Shown: positions 1 to 11,030 of the stretch, piece after piece
How the letters are laid out: every line of letters begins with the position of its first letter
Position numbering within the stretch: position 1 is the stretch's first letter
Source of the DNA: Octopus bimaculoides
Lineage: Eukaryota
Assembly (NCBI RefSeq): GCF_001194135.2
Contig: NC_068987.1
Coordinates: forward strand, 91,115,986 to 91,150,124
Length of the DNA stretch: 34,139 bases
Reading direction: 5' to 3'
Program-made: the position numbers and the translations under genes
The notes under the pieces: model-generated
The model's database searches: none
Told to the model about the DNA's origin: nothing
The model's input: only the letters and a program-made list of their open reading frames with translations

Positions 1-222
1 ATATATATATATGTATGTATGTATTTATGTATATGCGTGTGTGTGTGATTGTTCCACTCACCGCTTGACAACCGGTGCTTGTGTGTCTACGTCCCCGTAA
101 CTTGGCGGTTCGGCAAAAGAGACCGATGGAAATAAGTACCGGGGTCGATTCGTTCGACTAAAATTCATCAAGGCGGTGCTCCAGCATGGCCTCAGTCTAA
201 CAACTGAAACAATTAGGAGAGA
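1..222 (+). mobile_element. SINE family A (CORE-like octopus SINE), internal microsatellite plus 3' half
   Basis: (TA)/(TATG)/(TG) run followed by cgcttgacaaccggtg...tacgtccccgtaacttggcggttcggcaaaagagaccgat...aaggcggtgctccagcatggc...actgaaacaa. The last part matches 3500-3583; the longer 3' segment recurs at 26160-26365 and 31343-31563. Confidence 0.8.
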
Positions 223-518
223 ATAGATACAAGATATCTTCTTTGGTCAGCGGCATTTTTTGGGAATTAGATGAAATGGTTACATGTCGTGACTGTTTCT
301 ATTCAGAAACTTGGTCTGTTAAGAGTTCCCCGTCGTTGCTCTTGTGTGTTTGGGAATAGTGTTGCGCCATTGTTGTGGAGAGAGCCGTACTGGGTTACAG
401 GTAAGTCGTGTTAATATGGGTTTGTATTCATGTCGCCGTCACACTGGGAGATATTTCATAAACAGACGTGGTCAGTATCATATTGAAGGAATACTCGGTG
501 GGAACAAGATCAAATATT

Positions 519-732
519 GATTTCAAATTTCGGCACTAGGCCAGCAATTTCGAGGAGGGGATAAGTCGATTACATCGACCCCAGTACGCAACTGGTACTT
601 AATTTATCGACCCCGAAAGGATGAAAGGCAAAGTCGACCTCGGCGGAATTTGAACTCAGAACGTAGCGGCAGACAAAATGCCGCTAAGCATTTCGCCCGG
701 TGTGTTAACGGTTCTTCCAGATCACCACCTTT
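519..732 (-). mobile_element. SINE family B (tRNA-derived, conserved central domain), full length with target-site duplication
   Basis: Minus strand has a tRNA-like head with B-box GAGTTCAAATTCC (645-657) and the central domain gtcgactttgcctttcatcctttcggggtcgataaattaagtaccag. Flanked by gaacaagatcaaatatt (502-518) and gaacaggatcaaatatt (733-749). Confidence 0.9.
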
Positions 733-1089
733 GAACAGGATCAAATATTAACCAGTAGAAGTAGGGTGATTTGCCGCTCAGGACTTGGAGTGATAAAACC
801 ATTCAGGCCAACGTACATCATTGTATTGAGTCCGGGTTAAGGTAAGAGGGGCCTGGTTCTGTCCAGACCTCAAACTGGATATAAACTGGGCTGAAGTTAC
901 AGACAATGTGGTGTTACCTATCCAGAAATGTGCTGAGGAGAGGCTATCCTTCAAAGGCGAAGAAGACGTGGAACACGACTAGTGCATTGCCACAATTATG
1001 CGTTGCCAAAATCATAAACCAGACGCTGTGATAGTGAAAGTACGAATCGTTATGATTGCACAAAACGCCATCCATTAGATCCAAAGTTT

Positions 1090-1146
1090 CACCTGTCTGT
1101 CTGTTTGTCTGCGCGTGTGTGTGTGGGTGTACGTGCGTACGTGCGT

Positions 1147-1179
<33 letters not shown>

Positions 1180-1445
1180 ATTCCTATCCCTGTTTCACAG
1201 AAATACACAGAAATCGACTGCGACACCTGCGGCCCTCGTGACATTCATGGGAATATTATGCATGTGTGTGCATGTGAGTGTGTGTGCGTATGAATGTGTT
1301 TGTAAGTGTGTGTGTAAGGCTGCATATTTGGTTATATTCATGCCTATATATGCATATATGTATTCATGTACATACATAAACATACATACATGCATATATA
1401 CATATATACATACATGCATGCATACATACACACTCACAGATATAT
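1090..1445. repeat. Compound (GT)n/(TGCG)/(CATA)n microsatellite region
   Basis: Directly visible simple repeats with a short unique interruption; source of the spurious CVCV/HTHT ORFs. Confidence 0.9.
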
Positions 1446-1540
1446 TTGTGGCGTTTTCCTAAGATGTAGTTATGAAATATTAAAACAAATCCACGTTTTA
1501 GCTTAGGAGAAAATATATGAAATAACAAAATAATATATAC

Positions 1541-1541
1541 A

Positions 1542-1610
<69 letters not shown>
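1541..1610. repeat. (CA)n microsatellite
   Basis: Near-perfect CA run. Confidence 0.95.
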
Positions 1611-1611
<1 letters not shown>

Positions 1612-1689
1612 AATATATATTACAAGAAAATCTTCATAACAATTTTGATGAAAAGAAGCCTCAGCTTTCGCATTGTCAAAGTTAAAACG

Positions 1690-1763
1690 ATATATATATT
1701 ATTATAACGTTATATATATTATAACAATATATATTATTATAACGAAAAATATATTATTATTAT
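1690..1763. repeat. Degenerate AT-rich minisatellite, about 18-20 bp unit (tatatattattataacg), 3-4 copies
   Basis: Units start near 1690, 1710, 1726 and 1745; the first three end in tataac(g). Confidence 0.6.
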
Positions 1764-1904
1764 TCCCTTATTGATTTTGACAGAGGAAAAACAAAACATT
1801 TCGTTTTTAGTAAGCAAGTGTGTGTGTGTGTGTGTATTCATGTCTTTCACACCACTTCTATTGTATTCAGTTATCTTGGCATAGTCTTGTGAAAACTACA
1901 AAAG

Positions 1905-1938
1905 CACACATACGCTCAACTACACACAGACACACACA

Positions 1939-1985
<47 letters not shown>

Positions 1986-2258
1986 TTATATATCAGTACA
2001 ATGCATATATAAACATCTCTCTTTNNNNNNNNNNNNNNNNNNNNNNNNNNNNNNNNNNNNNNNNNNNNNNNNNNNNNNNNNNNNNNNNNNNNNNNNNNNN
2101 NNNNNNNNNNNNNNNNNNNNNNNNNNNNNNNNNNNNNNNNNNNNNNNNNNNNNNNNNNNNNNNNNNNNNNNNNNNNNNNNNNNNNNNNNNNNNNNNNNNN
2201 NNNNNNNNNNNNNTATATATATATATATATATATAAATATCTACATATATACATATAT

Positions 2259-2303
<45 letters not shown>

Positions 2304-2320
2304 AGAGAAAGAGAGAGACA
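1905..2320. repeat. (CA)n, N gap, then (TA)n/(GA)n microsatellites
   Basis: Visible repeats on both sides of gap 2025-2213. Confidence 0.9.
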
Positions 2321-3029
2321 GTGCTACAAAATAATACCAATCGATGTAACCCCTCACCCCCCGCGCTTATGTTAGATGTGTGATAATTCTCTGAAGAACC
2401 ACCCAAGTGTGAAGTTGGCAATCCAACAAGCTGCGACCTGATCGTGTACTCTTGTATTTTTATAGGGATGCAAGTTATATTAAACTTCTTTTTTTTTCTT
2501 TTTCCTATATGTATGTATGTGTGTGTGTGTACGTATTTAGAAAAAAATACAACTGATTGTTGTGCGTTGAAAAATCCCAAGACGTCATCCACATGACACT
2601 GCACCACATGTTTATATTTATCAATTTTAGTCAGGCATTTTTTCAAATAGATTATATATAGATTTGTCTTATCACGTGTAAGACTGAAGATTACGCTTTA
2701 GCTTGAAACGCACGAAAGGTTTTTACGAAATGTGGTGGAAAATGACGAAAGATTAGAAGAGATTACGAAAGATTTCGGAAGATTACGAAACGTGACTAAA
2801 GAAGGGTAGAAGCTTGATAGTGGTTTAATCACAAACATTAGATCAATGTAGTTAAATCGAATTTGTTTTGTCTAGATGCATGGTCTTCAGGCTTGTAATG
2901 TTGTAAGAATTCTGAGTTTTATGTATTTTTCTCATGGAATATTGGCGTGTAGTAACTCATAGCTTACATCCCTGCAAATGTAAGGTGTCAACAATCTTTG
3001 ATGACTTCGGAACACTTGGCGATGTTAAA

Positions 3030-3203
3030 GGCGCAGGAGTGGCTGTGTGGCAAGTAGCTTGCTTACCAACCACATGGTTCCGGGTTCAGTCCCACTGCGT
3101 GGCACTTTGGGCAAGTGTCTTCTACTATAGCCTCGGGCCGACCAAAGCCTTGTGAGTGGATTTGGTAGACGGAAACTGAAAGAAGCCCATCATATATATA
3201 TAT

Positions 3204-3272
<69 letters not shown>

Positions 3273-3581
3273 NNNNNNNNNNNNNNNNNNNNNNNNNNNN
3301 NNNNNNNNNNNNNNNNNNNNNNNNNNNNNNNNNNNNNNNNNNNNNNNNNNNNNNNNNNNNNNNNNNNNNNNNNNNNNNNNNNNNNNNNNNNNNNNNNNNN
3401 NNNNNNNNNNNNNNNNNNNNNNNNNNNNNNNNNNNNNNNNNNNNNNNNNNNNNNNNNNNNNNNNNNNNNNNNNNNNNNNNNNNNNNNNNNNNNNNNNNNC
3501 GATTTGTTCGACTAAAGGCGGTGCTCCAGCATGGCCGCAGTCAAATGACTGAAACAAATAAAAGAGTAAAAGAGTAAAAGA

Positions 3582-3583
<2 letters not shown>
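3030..3583 (+). mobile_element. SINE family A, full length, with internal (TA)n(TG)n microsatellite and gap
   Basis: A-box-like TGGCTGTGTGG (3040-3050), B-box-like GGTTCAGTCCC (3083-3093), CORE-like ggcactttgggcaagtgtcttctactatagcctc, internal microsatellite 3192-3272, and 3' tail ending in (aaaagagt) repeats. Octopus is known to carry tRNA-derived SINEs (OK, OR1, OR2); I do not assign the exact family name. Confidence 0.9.

Positions 3584-3584
<1 letters not shown>

Positions 3585-3643
<59 letters not shown>
3585..3643. repeat. (CA)n microsatellite
   Basis: Perfect CA run immediately after the SINE tail. Confidence 0.95.
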
Positions 3644-3645
<2 letters not shown>

Positions 3646-3729
3646 TGATAGATTTTATCAGCTATATTCATCCTCGTGCAGAAGTTGGCCTTGTTTCAAA
3701 CCAAAAGAGTTCCATAGTTTTGTCTCCAT

Positions 3730-3912
3730 TAATAATGGTTTCAAATTTTGGCACAAAGCCAGGAATTTCGGGGAATGGGTTAAGCGACCTCAGCACTTCG
3801 CTGGTACTTTTTTCATCGACACCGAAAGGATGAAAGGCAAAAATTGCTCTCGACGAAATGCCGCTAAGTATTTCGTCCGGCATGATAAGGTCTCTGCCGG
3901 CTCGCTGCATTT
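3730..3912 (-). mobile_element. SINE family B, diverged, with an internal deletion removing the B-box
   Basis: Colinear with 519-732 but lacks the gtcgacctcggcggaatttgaactcagaacg segment. Flanked by identical tccattaataatgg at 3725-3738 and 3916-3929. Confidence 0.8.
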
Positions 3913-4414
3913 TTTTCCATTAATAATGGCGAGCGTCAAGCAAGCTAAGAGAAATGATCATGATAAGCTGTAGCAGAGAGAAAAGATTTCAACCCTGCGT
4001 TGAATCCATTTAGTTTTCTCCGTACAATACTTATGTCCCATAGACAATAAGAAGACATTTATTTATTTCTAATTCTTCATTAACGACATAAGTGGCCTTT
4101 CCATCATAAACAAATCGAATTCTTACCCGAGACACAACAATTCACGAGCTGCGGACATATCTCTTGTGTCTGTGCTATTGTTCTATCGGAACTTACTTTT
4201 CCCTGAGGAAAGAATAAACCTTTTCCCTCCACATCCAAGTACCACCCGAGATTTTCACAACGATCCATCTATTTACAGAGTCAGGTTATTCTACATCAGC
4301 TGCGGGAAGTTTTTAAGCTTAAGAAGATAAGGCTATGTATGACGATGAATTTGACACACACTCTCACGCCTATGCACACGACGGGCTTCCGTACATTTTG
4401 CTTCTGCAATCCAT

Positions 4415-4448
4415 ATCTATGTATCTGTCTGTCTGTCTGCCTGCTTGC

Positions 4449-4518
<70 letters not shown>

Positions 4519-4525
4519 GTCTATC
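4415..4525. repeat. (TCTG)n/(TCTA)n tetranucleotide microsatellite
   Basis: Visible repeat. Confidence 0.95.
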
Positions 4526-7399
4526 TGTGCGCACGCACGTGTGTGAATAGAGATAATTAACTAATGATATTTTTCCTTTATGGCAAAACCGAATAATCAT
4601 CGGGATGATCCATGTGTATCAGTGATCAAATATGATTTCATTCGACATTCTGCTGCGATTCTGATTTGGCTGATGGACTGCATTATACAATAGATTAAAT
4701 GGGATTGTATAGACTTGATCTAAGAAACTCACAATCACTCACATTTCAACTGTGACTCTCGTTTCCTTTGCTTTCCAGGCACAGTTTATCTAACGCCACA
4801 TTATCCAATGCGACATATCTTTTTACAAAGGGTTGCGCACAGTTTGAAGGATGTAAGACAGATCTTTTTAGCCAATTAGCATTTAGTGATTGTTTAACTC
4901 GAAGAGAACCCGGTTTGGGTCGGCCTCAAATAATAAATTCAAAGTTATACTATACACCATGTCTCAAAAAAGACAGTAGTGTGTGATTTGAGCGTGATTT
5001 GACTTTCATTTCTAGCAGGTCGAGCGGCCATATAGACAGAACTTACCATCGATGCTAGGTGGCTAGTTTTGCATAATTTCATTAGGCGCTGTGTGAATGT
5101 GTGAAGATGTGCAGCAAGATTCGAAATCGAATCAGCGAATTGCTAAGCGAAAATCACGGCTTAATAACAACCTTTCACGCGACCGGCCAAATTATGGACC
5201 AATCAGCAGCCAGACATCATGTGATAGATCATTCTAGAAGCTACTTGAACATTTCCTTACAAGGGTTATGAAAAAGCATGTTTTTAGCGCAGAGTGTCGA
5301 AGACGACCGGGCGAAATATGGTCTTTACTTTTGACAAGTTTATTTGTTCTGAGACCTGACGATTGATGCTCTTAAAAGTCCTTATCACAGCTCCTACCCA
5401 ACCTAATGGACAGCAACATATGTTTTGTAGTCATGAGCCAAGCGTACATATTTCCTCTGTCTTAATAAACTATTTGTAAGAGCTGCAGAATTATTCTTTT
5501 CTAGTGTCTAAGACTTTGTTGTGATAATTTCTAATTCCTAACCAATATGAAAAATGATTTGGGCGGTAAAATAAAGTTACATCATTTTCACAGAGGAACT
5601 CGCAAACACCCAGCGACAGATGCTACTCTGCTGTTGCTGGTGGTGCAAAAGGCTAAGAACTCGTTACCTTTCAAGTAGATCTTTACTTAAATCATAGGAA
5701 TCCAGTTGCATCTTAACTAACCACCTGCGACAGCCGAACCTTCTCTCGTTTCCCTGTAGATGTTTCCTGTCCGTTCTGTAATGGCTTTGTTCGTTGTATC
5801 TATGAAGAGAGGATATTGTGACTGAGATAGATGAGATATTAAATTAGGAATTCATACTTCATGTCTTCATATCCGCTCTGCAGATGTTTCCTTCATTGTA
5901 TGTCTGGGAAGGGACCTCAAATCAAGCTTAACATACTTAATGCATGCGCAAGTTCACCTGGTCGGCAGAAATACTTAACAGAAGATCCAGAAATATTCCT
6001 AAATTTCAATTCAAATCTGAAAATGCAGCGAAAGGGAAATTATTACAATCGTTCATCCGTTAAATAATTCATTTAATCTGCTTGATCCACACCAAGATTA
6101 CCAAGAATCACCGCTTACGAATAAACCGATGGTGGATTGTCAATGTGGACAATGTGTGCGCATGCGTGTGGTAGTGCACATCTGTGTTTGTATGTCTGTC
6201 TGTATGCGTGAGTGAGTACATGGTGTGTGAATGTGAGTGAATGTGTGGCTAATTATTTATCTGTCTATTGGTAAATAAGCCACGATAGGCATCTTNNNNN
6301 NNNNNNNNNNNNNNNNNNNNNNNNNNNNNNNNNNNNNNNNNNNNNNNNNNNNNNNNNNNNNNNNNNNNNNNNNNNNNNNNNNNNNNNNNNNNNNNNNNNN
6401 NNNNNNNNNNNNNNNNNNNNNNNNNNNNNNNNNNNNNNNNNNNNNNNNNNNNNNNNNNNNNNNNNNNNNNNNNNNNNNNNNNNNNNNNNNNNNNNNNNNN
6501 NNNNNNNNNNNNNNNNNNNNNNNNNNNNNNNNNNNNNNNNNNNNNNNNNNNNNNNNNNNNNNNNNNNNNNNNNNNNNNNNNNNNNNNNNNNNNNNNNNNN
6601 NNNNNNNNNNNNNNNNNNNNNNNNNNNNNNNNNNNNNNNNNNNNNNNNNNNNNNNNNNNNNNNNNNNNNNNNNNNNNNNNNNNNNNNNNNNNNNNNNNNN
6701 NNNNNNNNNNNNNNNNNNNNNNNNNNNNNNNNNNNNNNNNNNNNNNNNNNNNNNNNNNNNNNNNNNNNNNNNNNNNNNNNNNNNNNNNNNNNNNNNNNNN
6801 NNNNNNNNNNNNNNNNNNNNNNNNNNNNNNNNNNNNNNNNNNNNNNNNNNNNNNNNNNNNNNNNNNNNNNNNNNNNNNNNNNNNNNNNNNNNNNNNNNNN
6901 NNNNNNNNNNNNNNNNNNNNNNNNNNNNNNNNNNNNNNNNNNNNNNNNNNNNNNNNNNNNNNNNNNNNNNNNNNNNNNNNNNNNNNNNNNNNNNNNNNNN
7001 NNNNNNNNNNNNNNNNNNNNNNNNNNNNNNNNNNNNNNNNNNNNNNNNNNNNNNNNNNNNNNNNNNNNNNNNNNNNNNNNNNNNNNNNNNNNNNNNNNNN
7101 NNNNNNNNNNNNNNNNNNNNNNNNNNNNNNNNNNNNNNNNNNNNNNNNNNNNNNNNNNNNNNNNNNNNNNNNNNNNNNNNNNNNNNNNNNNNNNNNNNNN
7201 NNNNNNNNNNNNNNNNNNNNNNNNNNNNNNNNNNAACACACACATACTTTTTTCCAACAAATTTAGAGGATTGCCAGAATAGACAACCTTTTAAGTAATT
7301 GCCCTAAATCTGTAATCTGAGTCAAATACAGAATTTGACTCAGTTGACATTTGAATTCCACTCGTTATCTGTTGTGAAAAAATAGGAAAGGTAGTAAAT

Positions 7400-7495
7400 A
7401 TGTATATATACACATACACAAACTTGAATTCAAACATACATACATACGCACATACATATATACACACATACATGCATACATACATACATACATTG
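7400..7495. repeat. (CATA)n/(CA)n microsatellite
   Basis: Visible repeat. Confidence 0.85.
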
Positions 7496-7511
7496 GTACG
7501 GATATACATGA

Positions 7512-7897
7512 ATATTCCCTGATGCAATGCAAGGGAGTGGCTCTCATGGCTTCTGATCATAACCGATTGGAAGTGTTAACATGTTCACGGTTTGTTATGG
7601 TATAAAAGACGGGTTACACCAGATATTCTGCTCAATACCACGGATTTGCTTGTCAGTTGTTTGACCTTAACCACTTGAGCATGTCCCTTGGTGGCTGACG
7701 ATATGTGCATCTCGGATCACGAGTAGAAGTAGTGGGGGAGCATCATAGCCACGTGTTGAGAGGAATTCTTTGGGGGTTTGAATAATTATAATTTACTTCT
7801 AGAAACATGGGTGTTTCGTTCATCGTCCTTAAACAGCATTTATTCAGGGACTTTTGAGCGGGATGGGTTACTCGACTCATATAGAATTCTAACTGGG
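7512..7897 (-). mobile_element. Dispersed repeat family D (LINE-3'-end-like or SINE body)
   Basis: Reverse complement aligns by eye over about 300 bp with 17035-17352 (e.g. gagaggaattctttggg, gtggctctcatggcttctgatc, gcttgtcagttgtttgac). Confidence 0.8.
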
Positions 7898-7904
7898 AAG
7901 TTCA

Positions 7905-7938
7905 TGCACATATATATATATATATAAACACACACACA

Positions 7939-7988
<50 letters not shown>

Positions 7989-8340
7989 TACTCTTGATAT
8001 GCGTCACCATGTCGCGAACATATGGTTGTGACGCACGCGGGTAGTCATGATGGATATACTTGGCTTCGTATATTTGTAACCCATTGTCACTTTGATGGCA
8101 TGCGCTGCTCTGTCTGTCTGTCTGTCTGTCTGTCTGTGTCTCTCTCTGTCTGTCTTTCTTTCTCTCACACACACACGAACATATGGTATTTAGTTACTCT
8201 GTTTTAGTTTAGTGCACATATGCCCCTTATACCGGCATGCACACCTATTTCATATACTTATATTTCACACACGCACACACGGACACACAGACACACACAG
8301 ACACAGACACAGACCTCGCCACACACAAACACAGAAACCC
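7905..8340. repeat. (TA)/(CA), (TCTG) and (CA)-rich microsatellite patches
   Basis: Visible repeats at about 7905-7990, 8108-8175 and 8265-8335. Confidence 0.8.
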
Positions 8341-8599
8341 CTCCAACTGTAAGCGAATATGCTTCGTCGACAGGATTTTTAAAATCTGAATAAATCTATT
8401 GCTTTCCCCAGTTTTCTATAAAGACAATGTCAGGTCAGTCTTAAGCAATCATCTGACATAGGTGAGGATTATTTCCCTCGTGTTTTTGTTTTTAGACATG
8501 AACACTAAAGGGAGATTTTGACTTCAAATAACAAGGATAACTTATGTAGCGGTGACATCTACTACTCTATATGTGCGTCATGTAAAACTTTCGCTTCGC

Positions 8600-8745
8600 A
8601 GCTCTATGGTTTTAATGCCCAGTCTTAGGGTGTGGTACCTGAGATATGTGTGTTTTGCTATAGATCAGGGCTATTATAGATTAAAACTTTGTGATTGAAT
8701 TTGGTAGACAAAAACACTGATGAGGTCCGCCGTGTGTATACATAT
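8600..8745 (+). mobile_element. Highly diverged SINE family A 5' half
   Basis: gctatagatcagggc...aaaactttgtgattgaatttggtagacaaaaacactg matches family A ctatagcctcgggc...aaagccttgtgagtggatttggtagacggaaactg, followed by a (TG)/(TA) run. Confidence 0.5.
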
Positions 8746-9199
8746 ATAAGTGAAAAACGTATAGTTAATGCACAAACGAAAACAGACACAGAATGGCAAG
8801 TTAAAAAAAGAGAGCATATATTAAATGCATAGGCGAACAGAAAACAGACACAGGTCCCTAACTCCTCATCAGTTATCGACCAGAGTGTAATTACGATAAA
8901 GGCACGAATTTCTCTTATTTATTAACGGAACGCAACGCACACTGGTTTATTTATACATATATGTATACATATATGTATATATAAAATGGCTGATAGTTAG
9001 CAAGGTGGGACACGCATAAGAAAGAAGAAAGCAAAGGACCACTGATGAGGTCACAGAAGTGTACACGAAAGAACTCTGGCCGAAATAGGATTAATGTAAT
9101 GTAATGTAATATAAAGCTGACGCAAATTAACACCAAATATACAGTGCGTGTGTTTTTATTGGCTAAACTGGCAATATGACCATCCCCAAATACAACAAC

Positions 9200-9276
9200 A
9201 TATGTATATATATATGTATATATATATATGTNNNNNNNNNNNNNNNNNNNNNNNNNNNNNNNNNNNNNNNNNNNNN

Positions 9277-9325
<49 letters not shown>

Positions 9326-9612
9326 CACACATACATACATATACACACAGAGAAGAGAGAGAGAGAGAGGAAGAAAGAAAATGAGAGAGAGGGAGAGAGG
9401 TAGGGTGACAGGAAGAGATAGAGAGACTGAGACAGATGAAAGGAAAAGGGAGAGCGAAGGAGAAACATACACACACACACACACACACACATACATGGAT
9501 TGATAAGACAAACAGACAGATAAATAGATAGATAGATAGACAGACAGATAAACAGGCAGACAGACAGACCGACAGATAGATAAATATAAATATAAATAAA
9601 TAGATAGATAGA
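9200..9612. repeat. Compound (TA)/(CA)/(GA)/(GATA)/(GACA) microsatellite block
   Basis: Visible repeats around gap 9232-9276. Confidence 0.9.
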
Positions 9613-10662
9613 AATGTGCGTGCATTTACAAATCAGGAGAAAAAATTCTAAGCAATAAAGTTTATTCGTATATTTCCATTCCGTAAATGCGACCAACGAA
9701 AACGGGAAAAAATTAAATAGAGACTGAGTGAAACCTGGGCTTCGAAAGTATTTTNNNNNNNNNNNNNNNNNNNNNNNNNNNNNNNNNNNNNNNNNNNNNN
9801 NNNNNNNNNNNNNNNNNNNNNNNNNNNNNNNNNNNNNNNNNNNNNNNNNNNNNNNNNNNNNNNNNNNNNNNNNNNNNNNNNNNNNNNNNNNNNNNNNNNN
9901 NNNNNNNNNNNNNNNNNNNNNNNNNNNNNNNNNNNNNNNNNNNNNNNNNNNNNNNNNNNNNNNNNNNNNNNNNNNNNNNNNNNNNNNNNNNNNNNNNNNN
10001 NNNNNNNNNNNNNNNNNNNNNNNNNNNNNNNNNNNNNNNNNNNNNNNNNNNNNNNNNNNNNNNNNNNNNNNNNNNNNNNNNNNNNNNNNNNNNNNNNNNN
10101 NNNNNNNNNNNNNNNNNNNNNNNNNNNNNNNNNNNNNNNNNNNNNNNNNNNNNNNNNNNNNNNNNNNNNNNNNNNNNNNNNNNNNNNNNNNNNNNNNNNN
10201 NNNNNNNNNNNNNNNNNNNNNNNNNNNNNNNNNNNNNNNNNNNNNNNNNNNNNNNNNNNNNNNNNNNNNNNNNNNNNNNNNNNNNNNNNNNNNNNNNNNN
10301 NNNNNNNNNNNNNNNNNNNNNNNNNNNNNNNNNNNNNNNNNNNNNNNNNNNNNNNNNNNNNNNNNNNNNNNNNNNNNNNNNNNNNNNNNNNNNNNNNNNN
10401 NNNNNNNNNNNNNNNNNNNNNNNNNNNNNNNNNNNNNNNNNNNNNNNNNNNNNNNNNNNNNNNNNNNNNNNNNNNNNNNNNNNNNNNNNNNNNNNNNNNN
10501 NNNNNNNNNNNNNNNNNNNNNNNNNNNNNNNNNNNNNNNNNNNNNNNNNNNNNNNNNNNNNNNNNNNNNNNNNNNNNNNNNNNNNNNNNNNNNNNNNNNN
10601 NNNNNNNNNNNNNNNNNNNNNNNNNNNNNNNNNNNNNNNNNNNNNNNNNNNNNNNNNNNNNN

Positions 10663-11030
10663 ATATATATATATATATATATATATATACTGTATAAAGG
10701 TAACGCGTGCGTTCTGTCGTGATACAAACAATATATGAGTATATGCATATATATGTACATGTATGTATATACGTTCATCCACATGTACATATAGATACAT
10801 AACTGGGTACATGACATGTATATATATATATACATATATATATGTATGTATGTATTTATAAGCCACTTCTCTCCATGTAGCCATACATACCTACCTGCTT
10901 ACATAAATACATACACAAATACACACACACATACATACGCTCGTCCGCGCGTGCGCGCACACCCACACCCGCACACATACACACACGCACACATACACAT
11001 ATATACTCACACACATATATACATTAATTT
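10663..11030. repeat. Compound (TA)/(TATG)/(CA) low-complexity block
   Basis: Visible repeats after gap 9755-10662. Confidence 0.8.

Noticed and set aside
900-1010. AILQ-RRRRRGTR peptide resembling the RTE ILQG..GRRRGR motif
   Set aside because: Too short, preceded by an in-frame stop, and no other RTE motifs could be read nearby.
8714-8730. Second CTGATGAGG hammerhead-box match
   Set aside because: It lies in a diverged family A SINE at the position of consensus ctgaaagaag, and no stem II/GAAA follows.
8860-8872. CTGATGAGGAG on the minus strand
   Set aside because: No complementary stem II strand or GAAA box downstream.
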